Virus record (IMG/VR): IMGVR_UViG_3300001344_000002
Length of the DNA stretch: 64,000 bases
Origin: an uncultured virus (IMG/VR IMGVR_UViG_3300001344_000002)
Taxonomy: Duplodnaviria > Heunggongvirae > Uroviricota > Caudoviricetes
Reading direction: 5' to 3' (one strand)
Shown here: piece after piece, positions 57,401 to 64,000 of the stretch
How positions within the stretch are numbered: the stretch's first letter is position 1
How the letters are laid out: each line of letters starts with the position of its first letter
Notes under the pieces: model-generated
What the model was told of the DNA's origin: nothing
The model's database searches: none
What the model saw: the letters and a program-made list of their open reading frames with translations, nothing else
Position numbers and translations under genes: made by a program

Positions 57401-60400
57401 ACCTACAGTCTGATCCTTAGATATCATATCATTAGCAAATGAAACTAGAACTGCCTGTGTATCATAATCATTACTAACTTGATCTAATGCAGATTGCATA
57501 CCTTGATTGTTGCTTGAAGGTATAATTATGTTTTTAGCAAAATCAGTTGTCATAGCTGATGGAACAACAACCTTACCTTTAGCATCAACAAAATATAAAG
57601 AATCATTAGGTAAGAAAGCAATAGTACCTTCACCCCTTTCATTTACAAGCCTGCCTTCTATTATAGGTAGCTTGTTGTCTGTTAGCATTTTATTAAAATC
57701 TACAGTCTGATCTTTACTTAACTTAAGAGCAATAGTATATCTCTCTCTTTGTTTTTTAATATATGGGTTAGCCTTACTTTCATCATTACCATAAAATCTA
57801 TTATCCTTTATAGGCTCATTTATCATTTCATTCTCTTGAATGTCCACAATTAAATTTTGGAAATCAGCAGGTGTCAATGAATTAAGAAGAAACTTATAAG
57901 CTTCTGGTGATAAAGGAGTGTATGCTTTGGTTACTCTATCAGAGTATAACTTGTATGTATTAGTTGGCAAAGTATCAAAAGATAATTTTTCTAATTCATA
58001 ATTAACAAAGAAATCTAATTCACTTACAGGTTTACTATTGTTGTATCTTGTCTTATAGTCATTAGTATAAAACTCAGAAGGAACAATACTAATCATACCT
58101 CCCTTATTAGCTGTACTATTTATTCTAAATTCTTCACCTGTGTTTTTATCATATATAGACATGCCTTTTGACACAGCTTGTCCATCAAACATAAACGTAG
58201 AACCATCAGATATTTCTCTATCAAGTATATCCAATAATCTTTTAGCTTTAGATAGATCTGTAAAAGTACCTGTCTCTCTTATATCTGTTGATATAATATC
58301 TAACTGAACTTGTGATAAGCTACCTCCTTGTTTATCTATAATCTTATAAAATGACCCACCATCAGTTACTACTTCTGTAATGTCAAACATTACACCTTCT
58401 GCTACAGGGGGTTTTGATTTAGATACAGTTTGACTATTTTCAGTAGTAAATATATCCATTGTTAGGTCTAATGCATTAAGTATATCTACAACTGTTGGAT
58501 CTTCTAATGCTACTTTACTATTTAAATAATCTTGAAATCCTTTTTCTGTATTTAAATCTTTCTGAGTTGGTACTCTTCTACGTGATACTTGTTGACCATT
58601 TTCTGTTACAAAAATATCATATCCTTTACCCCATACTCTTTTTAATGCATCATATGCGGTTTTAATTCTTTTACCATCATCAGAAACTCTCCAATCTGCA
58701 AATTCTTTTGCATCTTTAGTAAATGCAGATTCTTTATATTTACGGTACTCTGTTTCAAGTATATTCTTTAACATAGGTGATCTTGTAGTATCTCCTATTT
58801 GTATATCATCTATGCCTGCATCCTGTAAAGTTTCTTCAACATCTATTTGTTGCTGAGTGCTTTCATTAGATTTAAGGTCTCTAACATCTTGTTCTCTTTC
58901 TGTTAAGAGTTTATAATTTAATATTTCAGCAATTATCTTTTTCTGTATTTCTTGATCTTCATTTAACTGTATAGCACCACCAAGAGCTCTACCATCAATA
59001 CTAAACTCACCTCTATTTAAACCTTCATATAAACCCTCAACGCCTATTTCACCAGATAAAAAATCTCTAATTAGTTCAGGCTTCATGTAAACATCATACT
59101 GAGCTATGGCATTTATTAACTTATTTTTTTTATCTGCCTCTAAGTATTGTTCTGTTTGATGTCTATATATTTCTTTTCTATTCTTAAATAAATATTCAAA
59201 GTACTCTACATTTCTTTGAACAATCTCAGCAGTAACTTCTGGGTTTGCCATAATGTTAACTGTTTGAGAAAATGCAAAAGCATCTTCTTGTAGTGCCTGA
59301 TGATCAATTAATTTTTGTAATAAAGTATCAACTACTTCTGGATTAACATAATCAGACTTATCACCTGCAATACCATTTAAATAAGTTTGTAAAGCACTCT
59401 TTATTGTTTTTGTTTTTGCTCTATTAAAGAAACCTTTCTTAGTTAGATTTTTAGGGTCAGTTAAAACAGCATAATATCTTTTTAAATCTTTTAACTTTCT
59501 TTTATCTTTCTTAAGTTCAGAGGCTGGTGTACCAGCATCTTCTTTAGCTTTAATTTCTCTGGTAAGCATTTTTATTTCTGTATCAATGCTTTCTGCATTA
59601 ACAAGAACTCTTACATCTCCATACTTTTGCTTTGTAAAAATAGGCTCATTCTCAAAGGACTGTTCTATATCAGCTTGTCTTTTTACTGCATCTATAAATG
59701 ATTCTTTAGAAAATATATATAACATCTTTGCTTGATCAACAGCTCTGTTATGAAACATAGCATCTCTATACCCTTTACTTGACTCATCATACTCTGATAC
59801 ATCAATTTTCTTTTGTTCAAACATTTCATCTGTTGACTTTGATGCTATCCTTTCACCAAATTCATTTATCCTACCTAACTCAGCTATAAATTCTTCTCTT
59901 AACTTTTCTGGACTTCTACCAAAATCTTTTATGTCAAATGCTTCAGCTAGTTCAGTATCAGACATTTTAGAAAAATCAGTAACCATATCTCTATATAAAC
60001 CCATGGTACCCTTTTTATACTTACCGTATAAATTATAAAAACGTGAAAAGTTTCTACCATTCATATAATCATACTTATCATTTAAAGCAATAGATAAGTT
60101 TGCCATACCTGCTTCTTGGTCCTGCAATGCAGCACTCATTTTAGCAGGGTCTAATAGTAAATCAAGTTCCCCCAACTGTGTGCCCATCTGATTAGCTTGA
60201 GATATTACATCATCAATTACAGATTCTTCCTTTTCTCTTTGTTGTTTAGCATAATCAACAACTTGTTTATCACCGCTTGGATCAAAATATTTGCTATTAG
60301 AAACTTTAGCACGTGCAGTACTAAAAATAGAAGGTACTCCTGTAAACAAGACTTGTTGATATGGTCCCATCATACCACCAATTAAAAATCCAGATGCAAA

Positions 60401-62095
60401 TGTTTCTAATCCTTGCTTAGTAAATATTTCTTTACCAGCAGCACCATAGAATCCAGACATAGTAAGAGCACCTCCCTGTGTAGTTTCTCTTAATGCTGCA
60501 CTATAGTATCCTCCTACTGCAGCTGATATTGCTTCTTGAGATACTTCTTGTGTACCCTCAACAAGACCACTAGCACCATATCTAAACATCATGCCTCCTG
60601 TAGCTTTTGCAGCACCTTTCCAAGAACCTAATTTAAATCCTGCCTTAATTTCTTGTGGAATAGACTTAAGCATGTATTTGCTTTTCTTTGCATATTGACC
60701 AGGGCCAACTCTTAACATTCTATTTAACTGAGTAGTTGTTCCTTGATTTAATTTTTTTGCCCAACTTCCAAATACATTCTTAAACACAACCCTGTTGGAT
60801 GCTGCTATTATTGCAAAATTAGGTGCTAGCGTTTTCCAAGATGCTTCAGATGAAGCTAATTGAATTTCTTTCATTTCTTCTGGAGACACACCGTTACCAT
60901 CAGAATTAAAGTTAGCATATCTCATACCATTATTTAAAACAGTATTATAAACTAGTCCCGCTTCCATTTTAGATTCAGCTAATGCAGCATTATACATTCT
61001 CATATCTCTATAAAATGCACCAAATACTTCTGTATTCTTTCCTATATTATAAGCATTCTGAAAAGTATTACCCGTAGTCTTCCAATTTTTTATTGTATGA
61101 GCCAGCTCAGGAGTTAAGAGATGAAGTCCTCCACGGCCAATACTTCTTAAAGATTTACCACTTTTGGCAAAATCATAAAACTTTTTAGCATAAGCTATAT
61201 TATCAAAGTTTTTTACTAGATTATAAGAAGCTTTAAAACCATTTGCTATTGTCTTAGGTATTCTTGTAAGTGTAGCTAAATTCTTTAAAGTTAAAGCACC
61301 AAATGCTGCTAATGAACCACCCCCTGTTGGTGCAGCTCCTGCAGCTGCAAGACCTGCAGCAATTACTTCTTCTACTGCAATCTGATAAACTATACCTGCA
61401 GAATAAGCCCAATTCAAAGCAGTGTTTGCAAAAAAACCACCTACACTACCTGTAGTACTACCACCCAATCTCATTGCTTCTTCCATAGTAACTGCACCCT
61501 CAAGATCTGGAGCAGTTGTATATCCTTCACCATCAAACAAATCACTTAATGATCTGTAATTTGCAAATCTACCACTTCTAAACAGGCTGAAAAAATTAGG
61601 TGTAAATCTAGTTAAGAAATCACCGCTTGTCTCATTTTGATTATAGACTTTATCCATATCTGCATATGGGGTAAATCCTATATCACTAAATATATCTGTA
61701 GGGTAGTACTTGTCAAAATTAATTGACTTAGCATTTGCCCAAATAGGATTGGGAAGTTCAACAGTTGTTTCTAAAGGTGTTTGCCAAATTTCATCAAAGG
61801 CAGATGTAGATCCTAATTCTGTAGGAATAGAAGGGGCAGCATTTATAACAGAAGAATTAGCACCGGCTGATATGTTAGCTAATGTAGCTGGTGATATATT
61901 ATCCATAAGACCTTTATACATAGATATACTCTTATCATACTCATCACTTACTTCATTACGCATGTCAGGAATTAAATCTTCTATGCTCTGATAAGGCAAT
62001 GATGTATCTATTGGATTTACATCTACTGCGTCCTGTGCTATTCTCTGTTGAAGATCATAATCAGGCTGAGGCATTTTTATATTCTCGTCTGCCAT
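48434..62095 (-). CDS. virion-packaged RNA polymerase polyprotein (4553 aa) with a zincin domain
   Basis: RIPSQ and GADFDID catalytic loop (51269-51292); HEAFH (55694-55708); hydrophobic Ala/Gly-rich N-terminal region. Confidence 0.9.
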   Translation of the reverse strand: MADENIKMPQPDYDLQQRIAQDAVDVNPIDTSLPYQSIEDLIPDMRNEVSDEYDKSISMYKGLMDNISPATLANISAGANSSVINAAPSIPTELGSTSAFDEIWQTPLETTVELPNPIWANAKSINFDKYYPTDIFSDIGFTPYADMDKVYNQNETSGDFLTRFTPNFFSLFRSGRFANYRSLSDLFDGEGYTTAPDLEGAVTMEEAMRLGGSTTGSVGGFFANTALNWAYSAGIVYQIAVEEVIAAGLAAAGAAPTGGGSLAAFGALTLKNLATLTRIPKTIANGFKASYNLVKNFDNIAYAKKFYDFAKSGKSLRSIGRGGLHLLTPELAHTIKNWKTTGNTFQNAYNIGKNTEVFGAFYRDMRMYNAALAESKMEAGLVYNTVLNNGMRYANFNSDGNGVSPEEMKEIQLASSEASWKTLAPNFAIIAASNRVVFKNVFGSWAKKLNQGTTTQLNRMLRVGPGQYAKKSKYMLKSIPQEIKAGFKLGSWKGAAKATGGMMFRYGASGLVEGTQEVSQEAISAAVGGYYSAALRETTQGGALTMSGFYGAAGKEIFTKQGLETFASGFLIGGMMGPYQQVLFTGVPSIFSTARAKVSNSKYFDPSGDKQVVDYAKQQREKEESVIDDVISQANQMGTQLGELDLLLDPAKMSAALQDQEAGMANLSIALNDKYDYMNGRNFSRFYNLYGKYKKGTMGLYRDMVTDFSKMSDTELAEAFDIKDFGRSPEKLREEFIAELGRINEFGERIASKSTDEMFEQKKIDVSEYDESSKGYRDAMFHNRAVDQAKMLYIFSKESFIDAVKRQADIEQSFENEPIFTKQKYGDVRVLVNAESIDTEIKMLTREIKAKEDAGTPASELKKDKRKLKDLKRYYAVLTDPKNLTKKGFFNRAKTKTIKSALQTYLNGIAGDKSDYVNPEVVDTLLQKLIDHQALQEDAFAFSQTVNIMANPEVTAEIVQRNVEYFEYLFKNRKEIYRHQTEQYLEADKKNKLINAIAQYDVYMKPELIRDFLSGEIGVEGLYEGLNRGEFSIDGRALGGAIQLNEDQEIQKKIIAEILNYKLLTEREQDVRDLKSNESTQQQIDVEETLQDAGIDDIQIGDTTRSPMLKNILETEYRKYKESAFTKDAKEFADWRVSDDGKRIKTAYDALKRVWGKGYDIFVTENGQQVSRRRVPTQKDLNTEKGFQDYLNSKVALEDPTVVDILNALDLTMDIFTTENSQTVSKSKPPVAEGVMFDITEVVTDGGSFYKIIDKQGGSLSQVQLDIISTDIRETGTFTDLSKAKRLLDILDREISDGSTFMFDGQAVSKGMSIYDKNTGEEFRINSTANKGGMISIVPSEFYTNDYKTRYNNSKPVSELDFFVNYELEKLSFDTLPTNTYKLYSDRVTKAYTPLSPEAYKFLLNSLTPADFQNLIVDIQENEMINEPIKDNRFYGNDESKANPYIKKQRERYTIALKLSKDQTVDFNKMLTDNKLPIIEGRLVNERGEGTIAFLPNDSLYFVDAKGKVVVPSAMTTDFAKNIIIPSSNNQGMQSALDQVSNDYDTQAVLVSFANDMISKDQTVGTLSEGLKITRSDGIPAYKKGTNPEISLSQLSQSTTTDGAIIIYDIKRDSAGNMVGDEPTIISNLKSDAKTELADRIENNLKDAGLWNKMISGDKTGPNGGYTDRYIMPIEQPNGLMTLATAKAIRVEEDTVIKMFNDLLQQASVANKDNMTTKNGKKVIKDKGFNDEFKLQFIKDYGEFFISGPKGVNVTIDVAPDGALRADLFNKYTGKKGKVYYNAADQQKQGTTIQHLERFSEKIISDPKGNEVGVETLSINNFRKSIPLDASIDMLMQDLVTKLGPEIRTGQFINVEASASAIQATKDKGIFLARPRTELEPDKLKRVEDTEERREDPARARARAITNLGDKISQENVEKAFDKSEDDTISSEAFLEFTNNGVVEIKVIQSIADKIKTGQQLSQRERAIRQAKSQEIEDILKVTVTKDQKNDIDLTLIAQTPIDAINNQIAERELEISEQVGEKKKVRALRKDKIYQDLLKQREDLIGPANKILSPRLSKRDVEDINIFTEWAKTNLPSFINIADIESLGNNMKAGGVRVGAFALDLSSVSGGLRASGTLYTGASNPFRYHEAFHGVYRMLLTPQEQKSLLSFAKKQKRESLRSEGKSISTELKKFRNSADTYANMSDIELENRYYEEYMADQFEIFKTNPKETKIDAEVKSFFTRIIEWFKSLFSTYNKNKLQTLFENIDSAKYAQASVVANDFTLDPSPQVIIANAILPYEGLQVNGSKGYLYLDSNIANNLISSMAASYVSRKTENIDPEISNADIFEDVLEDFAWLYNVTNPINSKYNSSQEASNIAAIEQLERIHDALTFNASEKIEDSPVYKSVFEVLQLIDVQQQIIDNNIDEYENNEGLRNVTQFGKEAYMSGGLASLPTYIRQYLSTITMPYTDAFGNEQLESGEKLVIPINSFKTYNGIIKSVKNETDPLKILQRMYTFSGNNPNTKAAVESIFNDIGINYHDVSEISDIQLPQEIKNPLLFNQITKGFTNYKVNWIFLQQDNTNEVISFSAAERDDTHTQNELWGQAYTTKSLDWKINKEKKKAATRSVNAIYDELIQPEGYEDVPLDNISKKLAQDLFEGVGIKLSPLYVKYSILSASNQTETSNQESILQFNNEVKPILAADMFWLQDIIKENGDLFNSENEGAISRLKKLAVNNALLDETVGLSVFRNVNGDLVNAHQKPTFHLEKVYNLNKEAEINRLESDKFLQNNYLLNSEEFLSMSEANQLQILRLSGLKEVKTLDRSANLDSYQDGVIGTTEYGSFTPKQLTTSIINNYLFDYNSRNNTLKTKMDSAAVAPILIRIMESSNTNDQVLLPVVKAVDEGLRISPDYLGHVSDFIENEYNRIVRENSEEGNLPFQEITTKTGDVIQIPKAIEGYNVPDQDGLMRMNLMFNAKDLISQELKDSLEISATQENPPSFDKAVKEALGSQSINTIIETQLDKKFESFMEMVNTLEVDSKISRLLEKGLLDGVEGAVAQQNARAASRKLNLTDNKTHNLKQIFLNDYLNTKSLNELLLGDQAVILEDSIKQIKRAKGQNAAGDSIYSPVSNPEFGVFESTENINAIILNEPTIFSEFNGESIDNADAQVFTTVKFHRHAQSSLGNLTKAGALALDKIEDGTPLTAEDLYGPQGLAKTNQMLNSKKYVYFDGKTYIKFSAIALTEDLTKNNPDLNRLRLNMEAMERNLGDITFAGPKSAFKMLKTNVQSFGNDIIEPSIQLDARYFREQVKTKTNKDIITEQSQIKALATSEQIDSTPVQIKGMPNVKDIGDVRRLYNKTLSKRIALKFKDKRNLIYTFEGLMSEFSLGKQKNTITPNLQVFLKYAINSLKASKASTNLMEFFTVDPTTGEVKYNINNPISIAKAEQLFMSYFSQGVFQEKIPGHGLALVSDKGFTVLRRVFSMEDNGRLGRNEVIRGGVPEGETVLNLEVNNLGADFKFPSNGKGILVRDRLRYQLAEYDQNGKRTGQYYSEGVFAAHSADIYNQLQRKPNVAIPDSIGKMFAVRIPSQDNHSSMNVKLVDFMPAYYGSSAMFASELVQISGADFDIDTAYVQIKESYYDKNDNTFYAYGKTPGREYTDYVRYINQAVNKDTIYSQAAASFTDQGSKLEDSFTDAELIDSDFSDRAIKAASRLGLPITRSQYNDYVKKNDEPYQAPLNNDVLDYKYALMGNEAVKEISVTPASLTAIEEAYEELKKVAPDYVARLDNENIDVDSITGKIVSFEVNKGAAIGKAVSPNLYLSLLGEYKINVGGSIVKTKGGYIQSSLAFNLRGQTYDSFGTKLNTYGKRIQDEISSIITMLTDNSKENYVAKLGMHPSAVGLAVNAVSLGVPLTDAVLLLNGKLVRDLFAEANNKVDKFDASFTSLVKQQLKGLKKVNAGPQVGLETIEKAVRGEELTKQEQKSILLVINNLNSISSFTGKMASITSMSGRGIGSNFSDIQKRVDDFRDIGVLPGTQEPMMDISPILENSWVKSNIDVFNQIAFNLIPATFISGTPAFNEIYKKISRNLSTNKKTFTVLDQQKVKRDMLSFFTIQAYRQKTKESEVKDGATLTNQLLYPNEFENSIFDAVNRLSQADKGNFFLESFVTMVPMFAETNITGMNLLQANTWRGLDKEQKVDLQTSFTKLYGNPLLRKDAMTIVNYIMVKDGLQAAKGSLLDAISPFVMDEYLQQINNVNDVFLTNKGWLETFGAERNDLVDYFENGYFKSASTNSKVKTITVGDPLDINSRYTSKEGNVVYTMDKDGDPDALPRYINFADAITGFSQLYVLDNIDKKKANYKLSQMEGSYYQNGIGFMFGERPTTLENRDNIRNKGEMKSAYGAESFGAMTVEQMAPPVNSPQNQALANENATIEATEDEINFTAEDSQKAINISDTGLLDSILKSDEQAEENVETEATGIVDAQENMPVETEERQQLTFDFDTEISDKYPVISSFYNSIFTVPGVGGDIVAYRDILENNNLDSLEGMVDFYNSPNTEFKSEEAFEDYVKKCILGI

Positions 62096-62104
62096 AAACT
62101 TTAG

Positions 62105-64000
62105 TTATTGTTGTGGTTTATAATTCTTAGCTTGATTATACATATCTTTTGCTTGTTCAGTAGTAGAACCAGGGTTATTTAACATATAATCTTCAATAAA
62201 CTTTGTTTCAGATAATTGTTTTGCTCTTACCTGATAAATGGCTAAATTATTTAATCTATCAAGTTCTTTAAAGTTTTGTTGTAACTTTATAAATCTACTA
62301 TTTAAATCAGCTGCATAATTTATATTACCTTTTTTTAGTATAGCAGCATTCATAGGTTGTCTTGTATACTGCATACTTACATCAGTAGAATTAGGATTAT
62401 ATACATTAGTATATCCACTAATACTTATTGTTCCATCTCCCAAATCTTGAAAAACTATTTCTCCTGGAGAAAACCCTGCTGTTAAATTTGTTTCATCTTT
62501 ATAACTAAAAGATTGAGTATTACTCAAATTCATCATTTGTTCAATGTAAGATGAACCTTGTATAATGTTTAAGTTGTTAGGGTTTATATCTTTATTACCA
62601 CTTCTATCAAAAACCATTAAAACACCCTGATTCATTACTTTAGTCCAATCTGAAAAAGCTTCAGAATCATCTTTATAAATCTTTTTTATCTCATTTTTAA
62701 ATGCAGTACTAAAGTTATGAATCTTATAACCACCCATAGGACTTCTAGTTTCATCATCAATCTTAGTAGCTCCTAAGTTTGGATAGTATGTCATTGTAAA
62801 TTCTCCTTTAGTTGCTCTATTTTGTAAGCTTGAAAATATTTTTTTAGCAATAATATTTTCATCTTCAGACAAATCTACCCCAGCTTCAATATTAAAATTA
62901 TTAAAATCTTTTATGTCCGTTGGAGCAGGTAAAAAACTAACCCTTGTTTCTGGATCAGCTGTTGAACTAGCTAATTGATTTAATGCAGTACCTAAAACTT
63001 TATCCATAGCAGATCCTGCTTCTGGTTTTACAGAACCTGTAGCACTCATTGTTGGTACAAAACCAATATTGCCCCATGGTGAATTAGGATTATACCCAGC
63101 TGTTAAACTAAGATAAGAATTACCACCTATAGTTTCATAGCTTGAATTTATTTCTTCTGCATAAGCCGTCCATAAAGCTTTAGACTTACCAGCTATTGCA
63201 GCCTCATCTACAATAACACGCTCATTATATGTACCTGTTTTTCTACTACCAGTTTTTTGGATTTTTGACCAATCTTCTCTATCAGCACCAGCATTTTGAT
63301 CTCCACCAATACCTGACACATCAAAGTTTTTTATTTTTCCAGATAATGCTTGATCTTTAAAAAGTTTTTGGTATTCAGAAAAAGTCATAAAACGCTTAAT
63401 GCCATCTTTTTCTGTATAAGGCTTTGGATAATTAGCTTCTATCATCTCCCTCTTCCACGTAGTCTTACCATCCATCATCTTCATCTCAGCAGCTTTTGCT
63501 TTATTATATAATTCATTGTCATACTTTTCTATCCTCTGAAGATATATATCTTCTCTTAGATTTAAACCTAATGCCTCAGGATTATTTGGATCATTACCAA
63601 ATAATAGTTTATACATGACATCATATTGACTACCAGGTTTTACAAAAGCTGGAGTATGTTGAGCAATTACAGCATCCTTATTAGCAAACCATTTTGATTG
63701 TTCCTCATACATCCTTAGTATATCTGTCTCATACTTTAATGCATTTGGATCTTCAGTTACCTTTGTACCATCAATAATTGGTTTCTTCTTAAGTAAACGG
63801 TCAGTTATGGCTGAAGGAGATAAGTTAAGCATTTCACCATCTAACGTTACGGTAAATGTTTGTTGGTCAGGATATCTTGCTTTAAGCATTTGACCAAGTA
63901 GTCTAGCTTTTTCTGTTAAAATATTTTGCCCATCAGTTGCAATCATTTCAGCATTAGTATCATAAGGGTCAGCATTATTAGCTACCTGCCCATCTACAAT
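62105..64000 (-). CDS. large virion cargo protein, 5'-truncated by the window edge
   Basis: The frame stays open from 63946 to 64000; lies upstream of the RNAP gene. Confidence 0.7.
   Translation of the reverse strand: MVDGQVANNADPYDTNAEMIATDGQNILTEKARLLGQMLKARYPDQQTFTVTLDGEMLNLSPSAITDRLLKKKPIIDGTKVTEDPNALKYETDILRMYEEQSKWFANKDAVIAQHTPAFVKPGSQYDVMYKLLFGNDPNNPEALGLNLREDIYLQRIEKYDNELYNKAKAAEMKMMDGKTTWKREMIEANYPKPYTEKDGIKRFMTFSEYQKLFKDQALSGKIKNFDVSGIGGDQNAGADREDWSKIQKTGSRKTGTYNERVIVDEAAIAGKSKALWTAYAEEINSSYETIGGNSYLSLTAGYNPNSPWGNIGFVPTMSATGSVKPEAGSAMDKVLGTALNQLASSTADPETRVSFLPAPTDIKDFNNFNIEAGVDLSEDENIIAKKIFSSLQNRATKGEFTMTYYPNLGATKIDDETRSPMGGYKIHNFSTAFKNEIKKIYKDDSEAFSDWTKVMNQGVLMVFDRSGNKDINPNNLNIIQGSSYIEQMMNLSNTQSFSYKDETNLTAGFSPGEIVFQDLGDGTISISGYTNVYNPNSTDVSMQYTRQPMNAAILKKGNINYAADLNSRFIKLQQNFKELDRLNNLAIYQVRAKQLSETKFIEDYMLNNPGSTTEQAKDMYNQAKNYKPQQ

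Larger units (their letters stand above)
1..64000. mobile_element. crAss-like (Crassvirales-related) bacteriophage genome segment, probable Bacteroidota host
   Basis: Giant virion RNAP with a GADFDID motif flanked by other giant cargo ORFs; PolB, primase, DnaB and MoxR/vWA gene set; opposed early and late strands; Bacteroidota-type TAnnTTTG promoters; no host housekeeping genes or integrase. Confidence 0.9.

Noticed and set aside
31526..61991. Many + strand ORFs opposite the fibre and cargo genes
   Set aside because: Antisense shadows of long - strand CDSs with no protein-like features
26429..64000. Stop-codon reassignment as in some gut crAss-like phages
   Set aside because: Very long ORFs are open in the standard code, TAG and TGA end genes normally, and no suppressor tRNA is seen

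Overview
This AT-rich window comes from a tailed dsDNA phage of the crAss-like (Crassvirales-related) type, most likely infecting an environmental Bacteroidota/Flavobacteriia host. It reads in the standard genetic code. The left ~26 kb is on the + strand and holds small early genes, three abutting tRNAs and a replication/repair module: SF2 helicase, UDG, DnaB-like helicase, Sak4-like ATPase, primase, RusA-like resolvase, peptidase-vWA plus MoxR AAA+, PD-(D/E)XK nuclease, PolB and a spore-photoproduct-lyase-like radical SAM enzyme. The right ~38 kb is on the - strand and holds tail fibres, a holin, micro-ORFs, a three-gene envelope operon and giant virion cargo proteins, including a 4553-aa virion RNA polymerase. 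A + strand class Id-like RNR island interrupts it. Capsid, portal and terminase genes are not recognisable in this window. The highlights are: (1) a 22-bp motif, ACTGCTCCCTTCC-N6-ATG, repeated five times, which behaves like a phage-RNAP promoter, with one copy directly preceding a ~95-nt structured ncRNA; (2) an outer-membrane barrel / membrane coiled-coil / CxxC-less thioredoxin operon; (3) an SPL-like enzyme coupled to PolB; (4) a MoxR-vWA module with two paralogous partner proteins; and (5) an unannotated 28-aa CDGSH Fe-S peptide. All calls come from reading motifs by eye; no searches were run.
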